DNA of 64,000 nucleotides. Origin: Chrysomallon squamiferum (taxonomy: Eukaryota; Animalia; Mollusca). The translations under genes and the position numbers were made by a program. This document shows, one piece after another, positions 13,076-27,003 of the stretch; the first letter of the stretch is position 1; every line of letters begins with the position of its first letter. The notes beneath the pieces were generated by a model. That model saw only the letters and a list, made by a program, of their open reading frames with translations. It made no database searches and was not told where the DNA came from. Location of the stretch: the NCBI GenBank assembly GCA_012295275.1, contig CM022665.1, forward strand, positions 22,630,001 through 22,694,000, given 5' to 3'.

Positions 13076-14916
13076 CTGAAAACAGGGTTGGAGGAAACAT
13101 GCTGAAGCTATTAACATGCTCAAATATATTTAAATACTTCTAAATAAGACCATGCATTAAATAACAGAGTGCAAATACAACATAATAAAAAGAAATTTAC
13201 AATATTTACTACAATACAGATTTTTTCAGATTCAGTCAGTGCATCTATTTCTGTGTTGAAGAATTATACCAAAAAGTTATTTAAAATTATTTTTCAATAT
13301 TCATTTGAAAAAAAAAAAAAAAAAAAGAATTCAAAGAAATAATATGTTAAGGTACTATATATCTAGCCAAAACACAACACCAACTTCTAGCAAATATTGG
13401 AAATACAAAAATAAATGACCTTAAACATCATAGATGGATTTGTCTAACAATTCAAATAATTTCATAGCTAAATTAAATAAGGAATGCTGACAACTGAACG
13501 TCATGTATCCCAATGTACACTTGGGCTTGTGGTTACCAGACATGAAATGGCAGCTATATTTTGTTGGGTCAGTTCCTTTTAAGAGAATCTGAAAACCCAG
13601 CAAATGAAGACCACCATTTCTTGCACAAATTCACACACATCAGTGAAATAAATAGAAATGGGATAAATATGTAAGCCATAAGTTAGAAGTGAAGCTAAGA
13701 ATGCTTCTTAAAGTAATGTATGTTACAATGATATAATGTTATAGAAGTGTATTAGTTGTATAAAACTGGAATTAGAAAAAGGAAAGACAAGTTATGTTTA
13801 TAAATATGTCTTATCATAGAAAAGTGTCAGAATTTTCAAAAAAGAAAATCTTGACAAGATTAAAGTTTAATTGAAATTTAATTAGCAGTGCTAATTACAG
13901 AAAGAAAGACATAATTAAGAATTGACTGATGGATAGAATTAATGTATAACAAATTAACATACACTGAACACTGCATATGTGTTATACATGTGAAGATATT
14001 ATAAAAAAACACAAATTGTTAGCATTACTGTATAAACTATTATAAATGCTTAACAAGGAATATCAATACAAGTATACACATGTATCAGTAAATCAATAAA
14101 CACTCATGAAAATTTAGTAGTTCCAATTAACTACAGAACTAGCAAAATAAAATACACATGAGAAAGCAAAAACAAAGTTAATGTCGGTACATTAGTTTTG
14201 TTTGCAAAAAATATTTTGCATAAACTAAATCCATTATTATCAATAATATTAACAATTAAAATGAGTTTTAATGTGTTTGTATATATATATATATTATGCA
14301 TATATATTTTATGAGTGGTAGAAATTATTATTTTTCATTTTAATGCAATAAATATATACACAGGTTAACCTTACACTATTGCAGTCTATCCCACTTTAAA
14401 ACTTTAAAGTTAAAATATTTTTGTATATTTCAGAAACTAGAAAAGCAAGCAAAGCAGAAACTGGAATAACAATAATTTGACAGTTTATAACATTTATAAT
14501 TATTAATTATTTTTGGTTTATTTCAATTTAAACTGAAAATAAATTTGTCAGCAATTAGTTTTTTATTTTCAAAGAAAAGAAAATCATGCATACACACATG
14601 CACACACACAGACACATTCACACTCTCACACATAATACTCTTGAAAAACAATAAGTAGAACATTAATTACTAAACAATTACATATTAAAGTGGCATAAAA
14701 ATAGATTATATATAGCTTTTTTTTTCTTTTTTTAAAAGAAAGAAACAGTGTTAATGAAAATAAAATACAGAAAAAGTGCCTCTTTCAAACATAAGATTAG
14801 TGCAATCAGTTAAAAACACACACAGAGGAAAAGGAGAAATAATGAAAAATAAAACTATGTGTGCGAATCTGATACTAAGATACATGCACCATGTCTGCTA
14901 GCCACAAGGTACATAC

Positions 14917-15231
14917 ATCATGTTCAGCTATCTGCTTTTTCAGTGCCTCAACACTGGTGGCCATCACTGGTGATGCCAACAACTTCTCCTGGGCTTCGGC
15001 AATTGCTGTGTTCAGTTGTTGTATTTCCGTCTCATACTTCTCCTGTTCCTCAATGGCATCACGAAGTGTGTCACAAGTCTCAATGGCAGCCTGCTCCAGA
15101 TTTGACACCTCTGTCATGACACGTGTTGCTTGTGATGTTGACATGTCACCAGTAATGTTTTGAAGCTCAGAGTGCTTCTGAAGAACCATCTGCGCTCGGC
15201 TTTTGTTCTCTCTGACATTTTGTAACAGTTT
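14917..15231 (-). CDS. SYNE1: SYNE1-like exon (KLLQNVRENK...KQIAEHD)
   Basis: cag/gtatgt boundaries, 315 nt, phase 0-0. Confidence 0.92.
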
Positions 15232-17090
15232 CTGAAAATAAATATTAAAATTAGATTACACAATATATGGATATTATATGGAAATTATTTTGATTATATT
15301 ATATTGTATCATACTGTATTAATTATATTATATTATTATATATTGTATTTTGCCTAATTATACCATATTATAATGTATTTAATAAGGAAGAAACAATATT
15401 CTGAAATAAAAGTGCAATTAAAATACTAAAATAAATTTTCAATAAAATGATAAATTAGATGCATTTTTAATTTTCATAAAACACTACCAGACCTTTCTAA
15501 CCTTTTAACTATTAACATTTTTCTTTTGTTAATTTCAAAATGTAACAGCAAATGACAGAACTTAAGCATGATTTCTACATTCTGGGAATGTTTGCCAGCC
15601 TGTTTTATTCACATATGTTCAACACTAAAAAAAAGTACAAAGACAACAAATCCAGCAGACAAACATCCAAAACATTGTTTTTGACAAAGCCAAGTTATTC
15701 CTATATCAGTATAAAGCAACAATTGGAATACTTCAAGCCTATATATCACACTGTCAGACACTCTGATGAGAAAAAGTGACTGTATGCAAAATGACATTAA
15801 ATCTCCTTTGTAAAGGAACTTGTCAAATTGAAAAAATAGAGTGTCAAATGATACTGTTTTTCTTTTCTTTTTTTTGAGAATTTTTATTGCTGCACAGCCT
15901 GTCACTGGTTGCAATAAAATATATATATATAATAACAAAAAAACAACAACATAATAATAATAATGAAAAAAAAAAAAAAAAAATCTATGTGGAGAAACTA
16001 TATATGTGTTGTGCTTGATCTCAGTGCCTAATACAACAGCTATAAACATTTTAGAATTTTGCTTGTTTTTTTTTTTTAAAGTTTATTGTAGTTACATAAC
16101 TAGACATAAAAATATGAAAGGACATACTTTGTTTTAATCATTGTCAGATTCATAATATTGCTATTTTTGTTTCATTTGACACCAAAATATTAGTTATTTA
16201 AAAAAAAAAAAAAATTATACTTGACAATGAAATAATTTGTTAATTTTTTATTAATTTGGCAACAGAATAATTTGTGAATTTTTCTTTAATTTGGCAATAA
16301 AATAATTTATTAATATTTAATCTGCAACAGAGTAATAAATATATCATCCAAAAAAACACCAAAATAAAAATATGATATAATCTTGCTCATATTATTATAT
16401 AATTAATATGTTTGTTTCATGCCATGAACAATACAATATTTTTTCTCTCTTATTATTCTGACATCTCATTTACTTCAGCAATATAAAATAAAACTGCTGA
16501 GTGTTCAACAGCATCTATTTTTGCTGTCAGGTTTCATTTATATTTGTGTTTAGCTAAGAACAAACAAGATATAGTGTGATAAAAAATAATAGAGAAATAC
16601 ATTCTGAGTATTTGGAATAGATTGATATTAAACTAGCTTTTTGATCAATTCACATGAAACCTGTAATACAATAGTTTATTCAACAATCTAATTCAGAATT
16701 TACTTAGTCATGCTTGCTGGATCATGAACATAATTTACTGAACAATCAGTTAACAAAATTAATTGATGGTGTTATCTCTGATTTGGTATGCTCAACAAAA
16801 TATATTGCATGACAAACTTGTGCCAGGTTATGGTTATTTGCTGCCAAATAAAGACTGAATCACATTAATATGTATACAGTGGTTGCATGACAAAAAGATC
16901 AAGTCATCGTCATCACAAGCATTTGGTAAATAATGGATGTATGTCCAGTATGTGACAAGTAATGGCAGTATGATAAAATGTGTCAAGTAATGTTTGTATG
17001 ACAAACCTATACCAAGTAAAGGTTGGATAACAAATATATAATAAAACAAACTGCTTGGTGTTTCAAACAAGATGAAAAGAAAATTATTAG

Positions 17091-17092
<2 letters not shown>

Positions 17093-17153
<61 letters not shown>
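17093..17153. repeat. (AAT)n microsatellite
   Basis: Perfect trinucleotide run; similar runs at about 4250-4293, 10443-10489 and 50800-50842. Confidence 0.95.
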
Positions 17154-18959
17154 TTTTTTAAATATTGACTGTATGAACAGCAGTTTTATAAAATATATTT
17201 ATTAAAACACTGAAACCTGCTTTGATGAACAGTTGTCCTTTAATCATAACATAACACAAGCAGCATTGCTAGAACTTAAGTATGGGTATTTATTCATTAG
17301 TCCTGTATAATAAATAAAACACCAGATTAACTGAGTGGAGGTTTCATAGTAAAATAAAATAAGAAGGAAGTAAGGTGTTATTGTTTATTAATAATGCTCA
17401 ATCTCACCTTGCAGCAGAACTCAGTAATGTGAAGTTAGTATTTCTACCACTTCCAAACTGCAACCAAAGGACCAATGTATTATAATACAAAAAATGACAA
17501 CTACAGCACAATTTCTGCTATGCAGAAGGATACAAGCAAATGTGACAGCATAACATTCTGCAGGTTATTTACTGGATCTACAAGGAAGCATTAATCAAAT
17601 AAAAGTGCTTCTCATAATGTGGGTTCAAAGATTCTTAAGTAGATATTTTGCAACAAACAATATTGACACTGATGATGTCGATGAATATGACTTGCCTCTA
17701 GTTTAACTGGCCAACTCAAACCAACTGTTCAACTGTTGAACTTTGAAAAGGAAAGAGTCTAAAACCTGCAATCTGAAAATACTTGCATGCAGAGCAAATT
17801 AAGTGATTTCTTTAGTAAGGATCACTACTGATGTTAATTTGCAGGAAACTGCTCCATAGTCTGCCATTTGTTAAATATGGTCTTTTTAATAAAACTGGAT
17901 ATAGCTCAATATTTTTGGTTTTGTTTTTAATTACATTTTTTTGCATATATCCTTAACAGTTCTAATGCAAATATTTTGTTTGAAACTTTTGGTCTATATA
18001 AGACTGGTATATCAGGATGCTGGTCCCATAAGTGGCCATAATAGACACACACACACACACACACACAGACATACACACCTACACAAAAAGAAAGAGATAA
18101 ATTAATTTGGCAAAATATCTGGTTATTATAAAACAGAACAACAGCATGTCAACATTCCAGTTTTCACAATCTCTTTAGCTGTACTGTCCTAACATATGTT
18201 ATGTCACGAACATAAAAAAAATATAATAATAAAATCATTTGTACATTCAGGATTCTGACAAAAATACATTCACTTTTAGTTATTGAACTTGCTGTAATGC
18301 CTGTCCAGTTTTATAAAGAGTACTTCAACAGTAATAATCCCACGTGTCTTATACAATGTCTTGTAAATAACTTGCAAACAAATGTGATGTCAGGTTATAC
18401 TAGCAGTATTATATCAATATATAAAGATCCCCTCATGCTATATCTAAACATGCACATTAGGCAAGATCAAAGGAAGCAAGATAAAATCTCTGGCCATTGT
18501 GGACATTTATGTTTACATTATAAATAAAAGTCAGAATAAATCATTTTGAAATAAAAACAGCATTTAAAATGTTTTATTGTTTGTTCAGGTGTGCATATTT
18601 TATGCATTTTAAACATTAGAATCTGTGGACGTAATAACATGATTGTAAAATTAAAAAGAATGCTTTTGAAAACATTTTTATTGCATCATGGAAGGCAAAG
18701 AAATTTTAAGTCCAAGCATTAATTTATTGTCTGGAATTGCAGATAATACATTTTCTTTTACTTATTTCTGAACTACAACAATTCTTTTATGTTTTGTTTG
18801 TTATTCTGTAACATTTTAAAACAGCAGAAAGTTGTTTATTTGGTGCAAGATGTTTCATTTTAATATTTTTTTGTATTTTTTAAATTTTGTTTTTGCATAT
18901 TACTTAAGTCTTTGTTCACAGCATAATATTATTTACAATTCTAATGTTTCTATATATAG

Positions 18960-19115
18960 AACACTTTCCATTCCCACCAGTTCCAAATGACTGGTTTATC
19001 AAAATCCTTGGTATGTGTGTTCCTGTCTGTGTGAGTGGGTTATGTAAAAAAGGGCTATTAATTAGAAGAGTCACATACTGAATGGTGGCAGTTGGTTTCC
19101 TCTTTTGCATCACTT
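18960..19115 (-). mobile_element. Degenerate interspersed repeat, same family, inverted copy
   Basis: Its reverse complement has the same motif order as copies A and B (ctcttctaattaatagc ... cacacagacaggaacacacataccaagg ... ataaaccagt ... ggaatggaaa). Confidence 0.5.
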
Positions 19116-19123
19116 TGAGATAG

Positions 19124-19161
<38 letters not shown>

Positions 19162-19566
19162 ATGTCTGTGTGTGTCTCTGTGTGTGTATGTGTGTGTGTT
19201 TGTTTGATACCTAATCTTCATTTCTAAAATATTCTAAAATATTAACAATGATTTATTCATTAAATCATATCACAAACAACATTAAAAGCTATAATTATGT
19301 TTGTCACCATTAATAAAATGCACTGAAATATTAACAGATATTCATTTATTCATTCTATGTAATCAGAATTAACATCAGTGGCTTACATTTATTTATTTTA
19401 ACTCACCAAAAAAAGAGAATAATAATGAAATAAAATAAATAAATAAATAAATAAACCTTGAAAGTTGTGTTTTGACATTATAGTTCTGTTATTAACCGAA
19501 CAGAAGACAGCTCATCTAACCACTGTTTGTTTTTAAAAAAATATTTTGCCATTGTAACAAAGTTAC

Positions 19567-19872
19567 CTCGTTAGTGGCCAGCTGTTCTTTCAAACTCCTT
19601 GTTGTGTCTCTCATACTGAGATGGATTCTCGTCTGCTCCAGCCATCTCATCAGATCAGAGATCTCCTTTTCATACTCTTCCATATGAACACTAGCTTCCT
19701 CCAGAGTCTGCATCTTGTTCTGAGCCTGGTTCTGAATGCTGGTAAGTCTCCTACTCATAGTGTCCAGTCTGTCACTGGCCTCAGAAGCATCACACAGCTG
19801 ACTCAGTTGTTTTACTGTCACATTCAAATTGGTTAACTTGTCCTGGGTCTGTTCTGCTTCTCGGGATATTTT
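19567..19872 (-). CDS. SYNE1: SYNE1-like exon (KISREAEQTQ...LKEQLATNE)
   Basis: cag/gtaact boundaries, 306 nt, phase 0-0. Confidence 0.92.
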
Positions 19873-20048
19873 CTGTGTTGAAAAATATTATTATAATAAT
19901 ATAATAGTATAATATTCAGAATTAATTTAGTTTGATTTTGTATCTATTCTACTTCATGAAAAAAATCAGAAATTCAGTTAGCATTTTTTTTTAATGTTCA
20001 TTGACTGCTTTTGTTCTAAAGTATTTGAAAAGGTTCAAGATAAGTGAA

Positions 20049-20049
<1 letters not shown>

Positions 20050-20143
<94 letters not shown>
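20050..20143. repeat. Compound (TA)n-(TG)n microsatellite
   Basis: Direct observation. Confidence 0.95.
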
Positions 20144-20146
<3 letters not shown>

Positions 20147-20996
20147 TTTTTTCCTTTTTTTTAAAGAAACCAATATAATGTCCCTATATATATTCTAACA
20201 ACTTGAATTCCAAAAAGAACAATATTAATAAAATAGACACACACACACTCAAAACAGATTCTTTGGGACAAAAGCTATAATTTATACATTTCTTATTTGG
20301 TTTTACTTTATCCATGAAAATATACATATATATAAAATGGGATCAACACAACAAAAATATTCATGCCAATGTAGTCAAGCATGTAGGTGGAACTGTTGTT
20401 CTATTGTTAAAACCTCACATCTGCAAAACAATGCTATAGAATTTTTCACCCAGACATAAGGTGATCTGTGAAGAAAAAAAAGAAAAAAATCTAGTCATAA
20501 AGACTTATCAATTTGCAGTTATTGAACACAAGCCAAACACATAAAAAAAAAAATAGATTGCAGAAGTTTGTGGCAGTTGGTCCACTAGAGAAAATAAACA
20601 TCAACATACCAGTTTAAAAAAACAAATTATTCTATATGAGATTGCAACTAAACTTGTTATGCAGATATGGAATTGGTAAAACAGAATGATTTGAAAGCTT
20701 AATTTAGAATGCAACAATTATTTGCATAATGATATATAAAAAACATATCTATAGTTTTAAAGCCTGAAATGGTTAAAAAAAGAAATAGTAAATTTGCAGT
20801 TTTAACATTATGTTATACTGAATGTATTGGGTTACTACTGTGACAAAGTTATTATGTTTTTGAGTGTACCCAGTTATTTTCAGCTTTAATTGAAGTTGAT
20901 GTTATGAGTACTGTGCAGTGTGTTATATAAACAGTTTATTAGACTGCAACAGATAAAATTATTTGTTTTTATAAATTTTAAATGTGTGTACCTATT

Positions 20997-20998
<2 letters not shown>

Positions 20999-21059
<61 letters not shown>
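20999..21059. repeat. (TC)n microsatellite
   Basis: Perfect dinucleotide run about 25 nt into the intron after exon 21085-21411. Confidence 0.95.
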
Positions 21060-21063
<4 letters not shown>

Positions 21064-21084
21064 ATATCTATAAATCCCACCAAC

Positions 21085-21411
21085 CTTCAATGTCTTTAAG
21101 TCTTCCTTCACTGTATTAAAATCAACCAGTGTTAGTTCTGACTGCAGCAGATGCTCAGTCTGTGTAGCCCACACTTCAAGAGTATGGGCAGCTTCTGTGA
21201 TAGAAAGAGACAACTCAGCTGCCTCATTCAGACGTCGAGTTCGTTCTGCTGTTGTTGCCTGCAGTGACAACCACTGGCGATTTACATCAGCTAGTGTCTT
21301 CTGGATTCCTTGCTTCTCATCTGAATCATGGCTGTGTCGAATAATCTCACCTCCTTTGGTACGAAGTCTGTCCAGTTGTTGCTTGATGTCTTCAAATTCA
21401 TTTAGTAAAGA
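21085..21411 (-). CDS. SYNE1: SYNE1-like exon (SLLNEFEDIK...DLKTLK)
   Basis: cag/gttggt boundaries, 327 nt, phase 0-0. Confidence 0.92.
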
Positions 21412-22017
21412 CTGAAAAAAGATTAAGGGTAAGCAGATGGATATTATAACATTAGCACCCACCCACACAGTTGGAACAAAAAAATAATTAGAAAAAAAGA
21501 AATGATTAATGATGAACATATATAAAATAATTAAATTTAAAAGAAAACAGAGAAAAAAAATGTTTAATGATAAACACATATAAAACTTGCCCTCCCCCCA
21601 AAAATTAAATAAATAAATAAAAAATAGAAATGATTAATTATAAAGATATATAAATTTGAACAAATATCTAGGGGGAAAAAAGAACAAAAGAAATGATTAA
21701 TAACAGATGTAGGACATTTGCTCACTGGACAATTTCTCACCAATAAATTGAGAAATAGGAAAACTGCTTATCTTTAGGGTTTTTTGTTGATAAAAAAACC
21801 CAACCCAAAACACAGAACAAAGAATTTCTAAAAGCACAACTTCAAAGTCTCACTGTATGTGCTAGTTCAACATTGGTCTGTCAGTTTGCTGCATGAATTT
21901 ACATTATGCAAAATGATTCAAGATTATTCCATGCACAATGTCCAAATGCAGAAACCTGAGACATGGAAAATCAGCAGTTTTTAATTTGCTGCATTTTGAA
22001 ATACACTGCTATAATTG

Positions 22018-22050
<33 letters not shown>

Positions 22051-23025
22051 AACCCAAACAAAACAGTTGCAACAAAATGAAAATAAGTTTAAAAACCCCA
22101 ACAAGAATTGAAAATACATTGAAAAATTATAATCACAAGAAGTAAAAAACACAATCTTAAGTTAGCATTCTACAGTATTTCTGATAAAACAAGCCATTAT
22201 TTTTAAGTGCTATTTTAATTGAATTGGTATACATTAATTAAATAATATATTTCTTTAATGAGTTTTAATATACATGTATATAAACTGTAGAAAATATGAA
22301 AAATATTGATTTTCTTTGCTTTCTCAGTTTTGCTTGTTTCTTTTTCAATTGGATTTACTTATAATTAAAAAGTATTTTAAATAATGTGTCAGTTCTTAGT
22401 TACATAGATGTTGTTTAATTCAAAATATGAGAAAGTTTTATGCACCCAAATATTTGAAATAATTTTTAATCTTAAAAAAAATAATCCAAATATTTTTTAT
22501 ATCAGTCAGTGTCACACCATTAATTGTAAAGCATTATCAGTAGGTAATTACACCTATTAATATAATTTTGCATCATAAACTCATAAAGATAAAACCAAAG
22601 AATTATGGTAAACCTATATAATACTTTCAGTAAACAAGAAATAATGAACAATTATATTAAGGACTGTCATAAGCATAAAACATTATCAATCTGATAAACT
22701 TCTGAATCCTAAACTAATAAAGAAAAAAAAACCCACCAAAAAAAAAAACGCCAAAACAACAAACAAAAAACCTGGTATAATAGTGATAAAATAATAAATA
22801 TACTAACAATGTAAACCCAAATAGTTATTCATTATGTCAAGAAGTGTCAAAGCAATAAAGCTTTATCAATTTGATACAATTCTGAATCATACACTAATAA
22901 TGATAAAACTATACAAATGGTGAAAACCAAAAAAAACACTTTTATCAGTATAATCAGAAAGAGTTACACAAATCTGTCAGTAGATATGAAAAAAAACACC
23001 CCAGTGAATCTGTTTCAACACTTAC

Positions 23026-23870
23026 ATGTCAACATGTCCTGGCAAGAAGGTTCTAAAGACAAGGTATCAAGTAGAAAACTATAATAATACTCCACCACAC
23101 AAAGCGATGATAATCCCACAGAGAGGATTTATTGTCACATATCGATCAAGTCGTGGTGATAGTTTGAAAAAAAAAAAAAATAATAATTGTAATTGTAATA
23201 AAAATAAAAAGACTGCTTTCTTTGCATTGAGCAAAATGTCATAAATGTTGTTGAAGCTTGCTCTGCAAAGTTTATCAAAACGTCCCGCCTTGGCAAAGTT
23301 TCAAACAGGTTTTCCCTCAAGTCTACATAGCTGATCGAAACTATTTATCAAGTATATTGTATTTTACTGTAGACTGACATAACCGCACCTCTGATAAAAA
23401 ATCTTTCACATAACCAAAGTTAAGCAGTAGTTTTTTCCCGAATACATCTATAATACAAGCATGTAATGATATACTGAATGTTCCTGTCCCTGCTTAAAAG
23501 TGCCCACCCTACAGAATATTTAAGCAGTGATTGTAAAGAAATTCATTTGTTATGGTACAATCAAAAGGTGAAAGACTTTTTAAAATTTACTTAAAGGCCT
23601 AAAGATTTTGCTTATCTTTCCTTTCAATATGGGAAGACAAGTTAGAAAATAAAGAGATTTAGTGATCATAACACAACGAGTAGTTAAAGGTTTGTGTAGA
23701 ACAAACAATAAGGAAAACCGCACAGTGGAATTTGATCTGTGTTGACTATGCCACTTGACAGCTGATAAAGAAAATGGGAACAGAAAAGCCAAACTGAATT
23801 GGCAGGCAATCATAAACAGGTATATAATCAAACAAGTGGAAAGGGAATTTGATCTTTAATAACACGAAGG
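23026..23870 (-). promoter_or_regulatory. Candidate internal promoter / non-coding first exon (CpG-retaining patch ending in a CAT|GTAAGT donor)
   Basis: About 11 CpGs in about 770 bp against a strongly CpG-depleted intron; consensus donor at 23025-23020. Confidence 0.35.
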
Positions 23871-24516
23871 AAATATAATGTTCCATGGTTCTGAGAACCC
23901 ATCATTAAATAACCATAAACAGTAATAATCATAAAAACAGAAATCATCAAACAGTGTTGAAACTCCTAGACTAATAATTCAGTCTGTGGTTAAAAGACAG
24001 TATTGTTAATTAGAAATTACTTTTTAAGTGTGTTCACAAAAGACCTTGATTAGAATTAATCATTATTTTAATCTCAACTTTCTTTTCAGTTTACAGGAAA
24101 CAGAAATAAAAAAAAAAAAAAAAAAAATGAAATGTAATTCAAAAAATATAAAAATTAATAATAATAATAAAAAATAGAATTAAAAAGGATAAATAAATAA
24201 AAATTAAAATGTTTTAACAATATGTTTAAAAAAAAAGAAGTTATTTCTCACTTTTAATAGTTATTTTGTTTTGTTATGTTTTATTTGTTATTATAATTTT
24301 TTTTATCTTTAGGCATTCCTACATTTTTATTTTTAAAATCATTACAAAATTTGTCATTATTAACAGTGCCTAAAACATTAAAACACTGACAAATGAAATT
24401 ATCAGTAATTCTAAACCATCAGCATGTAATTTGCATAAGGAGTCTTAAAAATTAGCAAGCTTATTTTCTCCAAATATGTGATATATATTAAATTACTTAA
24501 ATACATGCTCTGTACT

Positions 24517-24547
<31 letters not shown>

Positions 24548-25595
24548 AATGATCTTTTGAACCATCATTTTATAATTAAATTTAGAAGAAAACAAATTCA
24601 TGCCCTAAATTTAATAATATTTTACAAACTCAAAAAGCTGTAAGACAATATTATTGTGTACAGCAAGCAGTTTAATGCAATAGGGACAGGTACAGACAAG
24701 AAAAGCACCATGTGTTATGAATATAAAGTAATCTGTCAAAAGCAGAATGGAAAAGGTAACTTTATATTAAACCAACTCTGCACTGTAACCAGAAACACTG
24801 TAGTGTCTATAGCTAAATGAAATTATGTTGCCATTGTGTATGTGAATGTTAGAAATAAGAACACATTTAACTACTAGTACTGTTATTACTGTTTACTACC
24901 ACCACCACCACCACTACCACAACTGCTGTCACTGTTACATCTACCAGTGTGACCACTACTACTGTAAAGTATTACTGCTACTACTACTGTTACAATGTTA
25001 CTGCTACTACCACCAATACTGTTATTACTGCAACCCCAATGAAAAAAAAAAAAAAATATATATATATATATCAACAGAATAAAACCTAACCAGTTAACTA
25101 ATCATATTACCTTTCAAAATATGAAACAGTTTTCATTAATAATGACACTGCTATCACTTTTATCTGAAGTGATAATTCCCTCAACAGTAATCTTGCCACA
25201 AATCATAAACAGACTCACATCAGTGACAAATTATCATACCAGTAAATATGGCCAAGGTCTTAAGTAGCTACCTCATATTTTCAACAGACCCACAACAGAT
25301 CAGAAAACACAGTAAAGCAATAAAATTAATAATTATTCTACATTTAATAATCATCTACCTGGACATATACAGAATGTATATTACCCTTTGGTAAGGCTCT
25401 CCAGTTTCATCTACAGTGTATTGCTCTGTTCACAATGAGATACTCAATCTTTTTTATTATTGGTTATGGTAGTAAATCAGGCTTGATTCCAGTCTCAAAG
25501 GGTCAACAACTTTAACAAGTAAACTCATACACACAACCAAACACAGAATGCAATCTAATATATAATATGAAAAATTGCTTGCAAAGCTGGATTGG

Positions 25596-25730
25596 ATATC
25601 AGATATGAATGCAAACAATAGCTGAATGAAAATCAGCATGAACTGTATTAATTTGTTTATGTTCATTAATATTGTGGAAAGTAATTCAGTTCTCATGTTG
25701 CCAAACACATTCAGTACTATACCCACAACA
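25596..25730 (+). repeat. 135-bp intronic direct duplication, copy 1 (pairs with 31188-31322)
   Basis: Near-identical atatcagata..gcaaacaatagctgaa..aaaatcagcatgaactgtattaattt..atgttcattaatattgtggaaa..ccacaaca. Confidence 0.9.
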
Positions 25731-26966
25731 ATCTTATATATATATATATATATATCATAAGAATGAATGATAATGGACAATAAATATTCTTCTGAAACAA
25801 AGAAAACACCTTTCAGTGTTTTCAAATTAGTAGTAAATTTAAAAACTGGGATAACAAATCTTGAATCTGTTAAATCTGAATAAACCAAACAGTTATAATT
25901 ATAAAAAAAGATTTATATATTTTATTAAAGTACTGACCACTGATAGTTCAAGTGCAATTCAATTTTTAACTGATTTTTTTCCCCATCCCTCAGAACTTTC
26001 AAACAACTTGATTATCCTTATATATTTTGAATTAAAAGGATCATCAGCCAAACATTTCTTAAATAAATGTGTGAATGTGACATTGATTGGGACTTTGATG
26101 TTATTTTGGCAACATCTAAGTCAGTAGTGTCCATAATATCAGTGGTGTCCATCACCTAAACTGCAGCTCTCTACTATCTTTGATTAATCAGCTTCCATGA
26201 ACTTGCATAATTAAAGTTAATTTAATAATAAAACATGTTTGGTTAGATGACGTAATTTTACATTATTTGAAAAGAATAATGTTGCAGCAGTGCATGTCTT
26301 TATTTATTTTTGTCCTAAGATGTAATCATTTCTCTGCAGAGAAAACTGTAATTAAGAACAATAAAATAAACAATGGCCTATTTGAATTTTGTTCTTTGAC
26401 TAAATATTAAATGGATATATATTAATATTAATTCAATATGTTGCTTACTTATTAAATTTTTATTATATTTTAAACCATTAGTTACGTGGAATAAAGGTCC
26501 AAGTAGCCTTCTGATCATGCTCTTAAATTTGTAAAGTAAATACAAATATATTATTATACAAATGTTTTATTACTACTCTGACCTCGTACTATGCAGTAAA
26601 ATAACATATTTTTAATAATAATAAAATATTTGTATCAGCACTAATTGTGATTTTTTAAAATTATGCTTCTATTGTTGTTCTGTTAACCTGTTGTTTTTTG
26701 CATTGTTATTTTTAATGGGATCTGAAGATTCAAGTTAAATGTACTGGTGCATAAAGTGCAATAAATGCAAAATTACATACTTGTAAAAATAAAGCACTTG
26801 GTAATATATATAGGGGCTACCTTTAGGTGAATTGACAATACAAGGAAAGTAAAGGAATTCCTACTAAATTTAATAATATATTTACAGCACATTCATGGAC
26901 TTGGATTGTGTAACAAATACTATTCCAATCATCTTGATGTTAACATTATTGTAAATACAGAAAAAG

Positions 26967-27003
<37 letters not shown>

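Noticed and set aside
25385-25410. Candidate microexon tag|ATGAAACTGGAGAGCCTTACCAAAGG|gtaata
   Set aside because: 26 nt, frame-breaking between phase-0 exons, with a poor pyrimidine tract; indistinguishable from chance.
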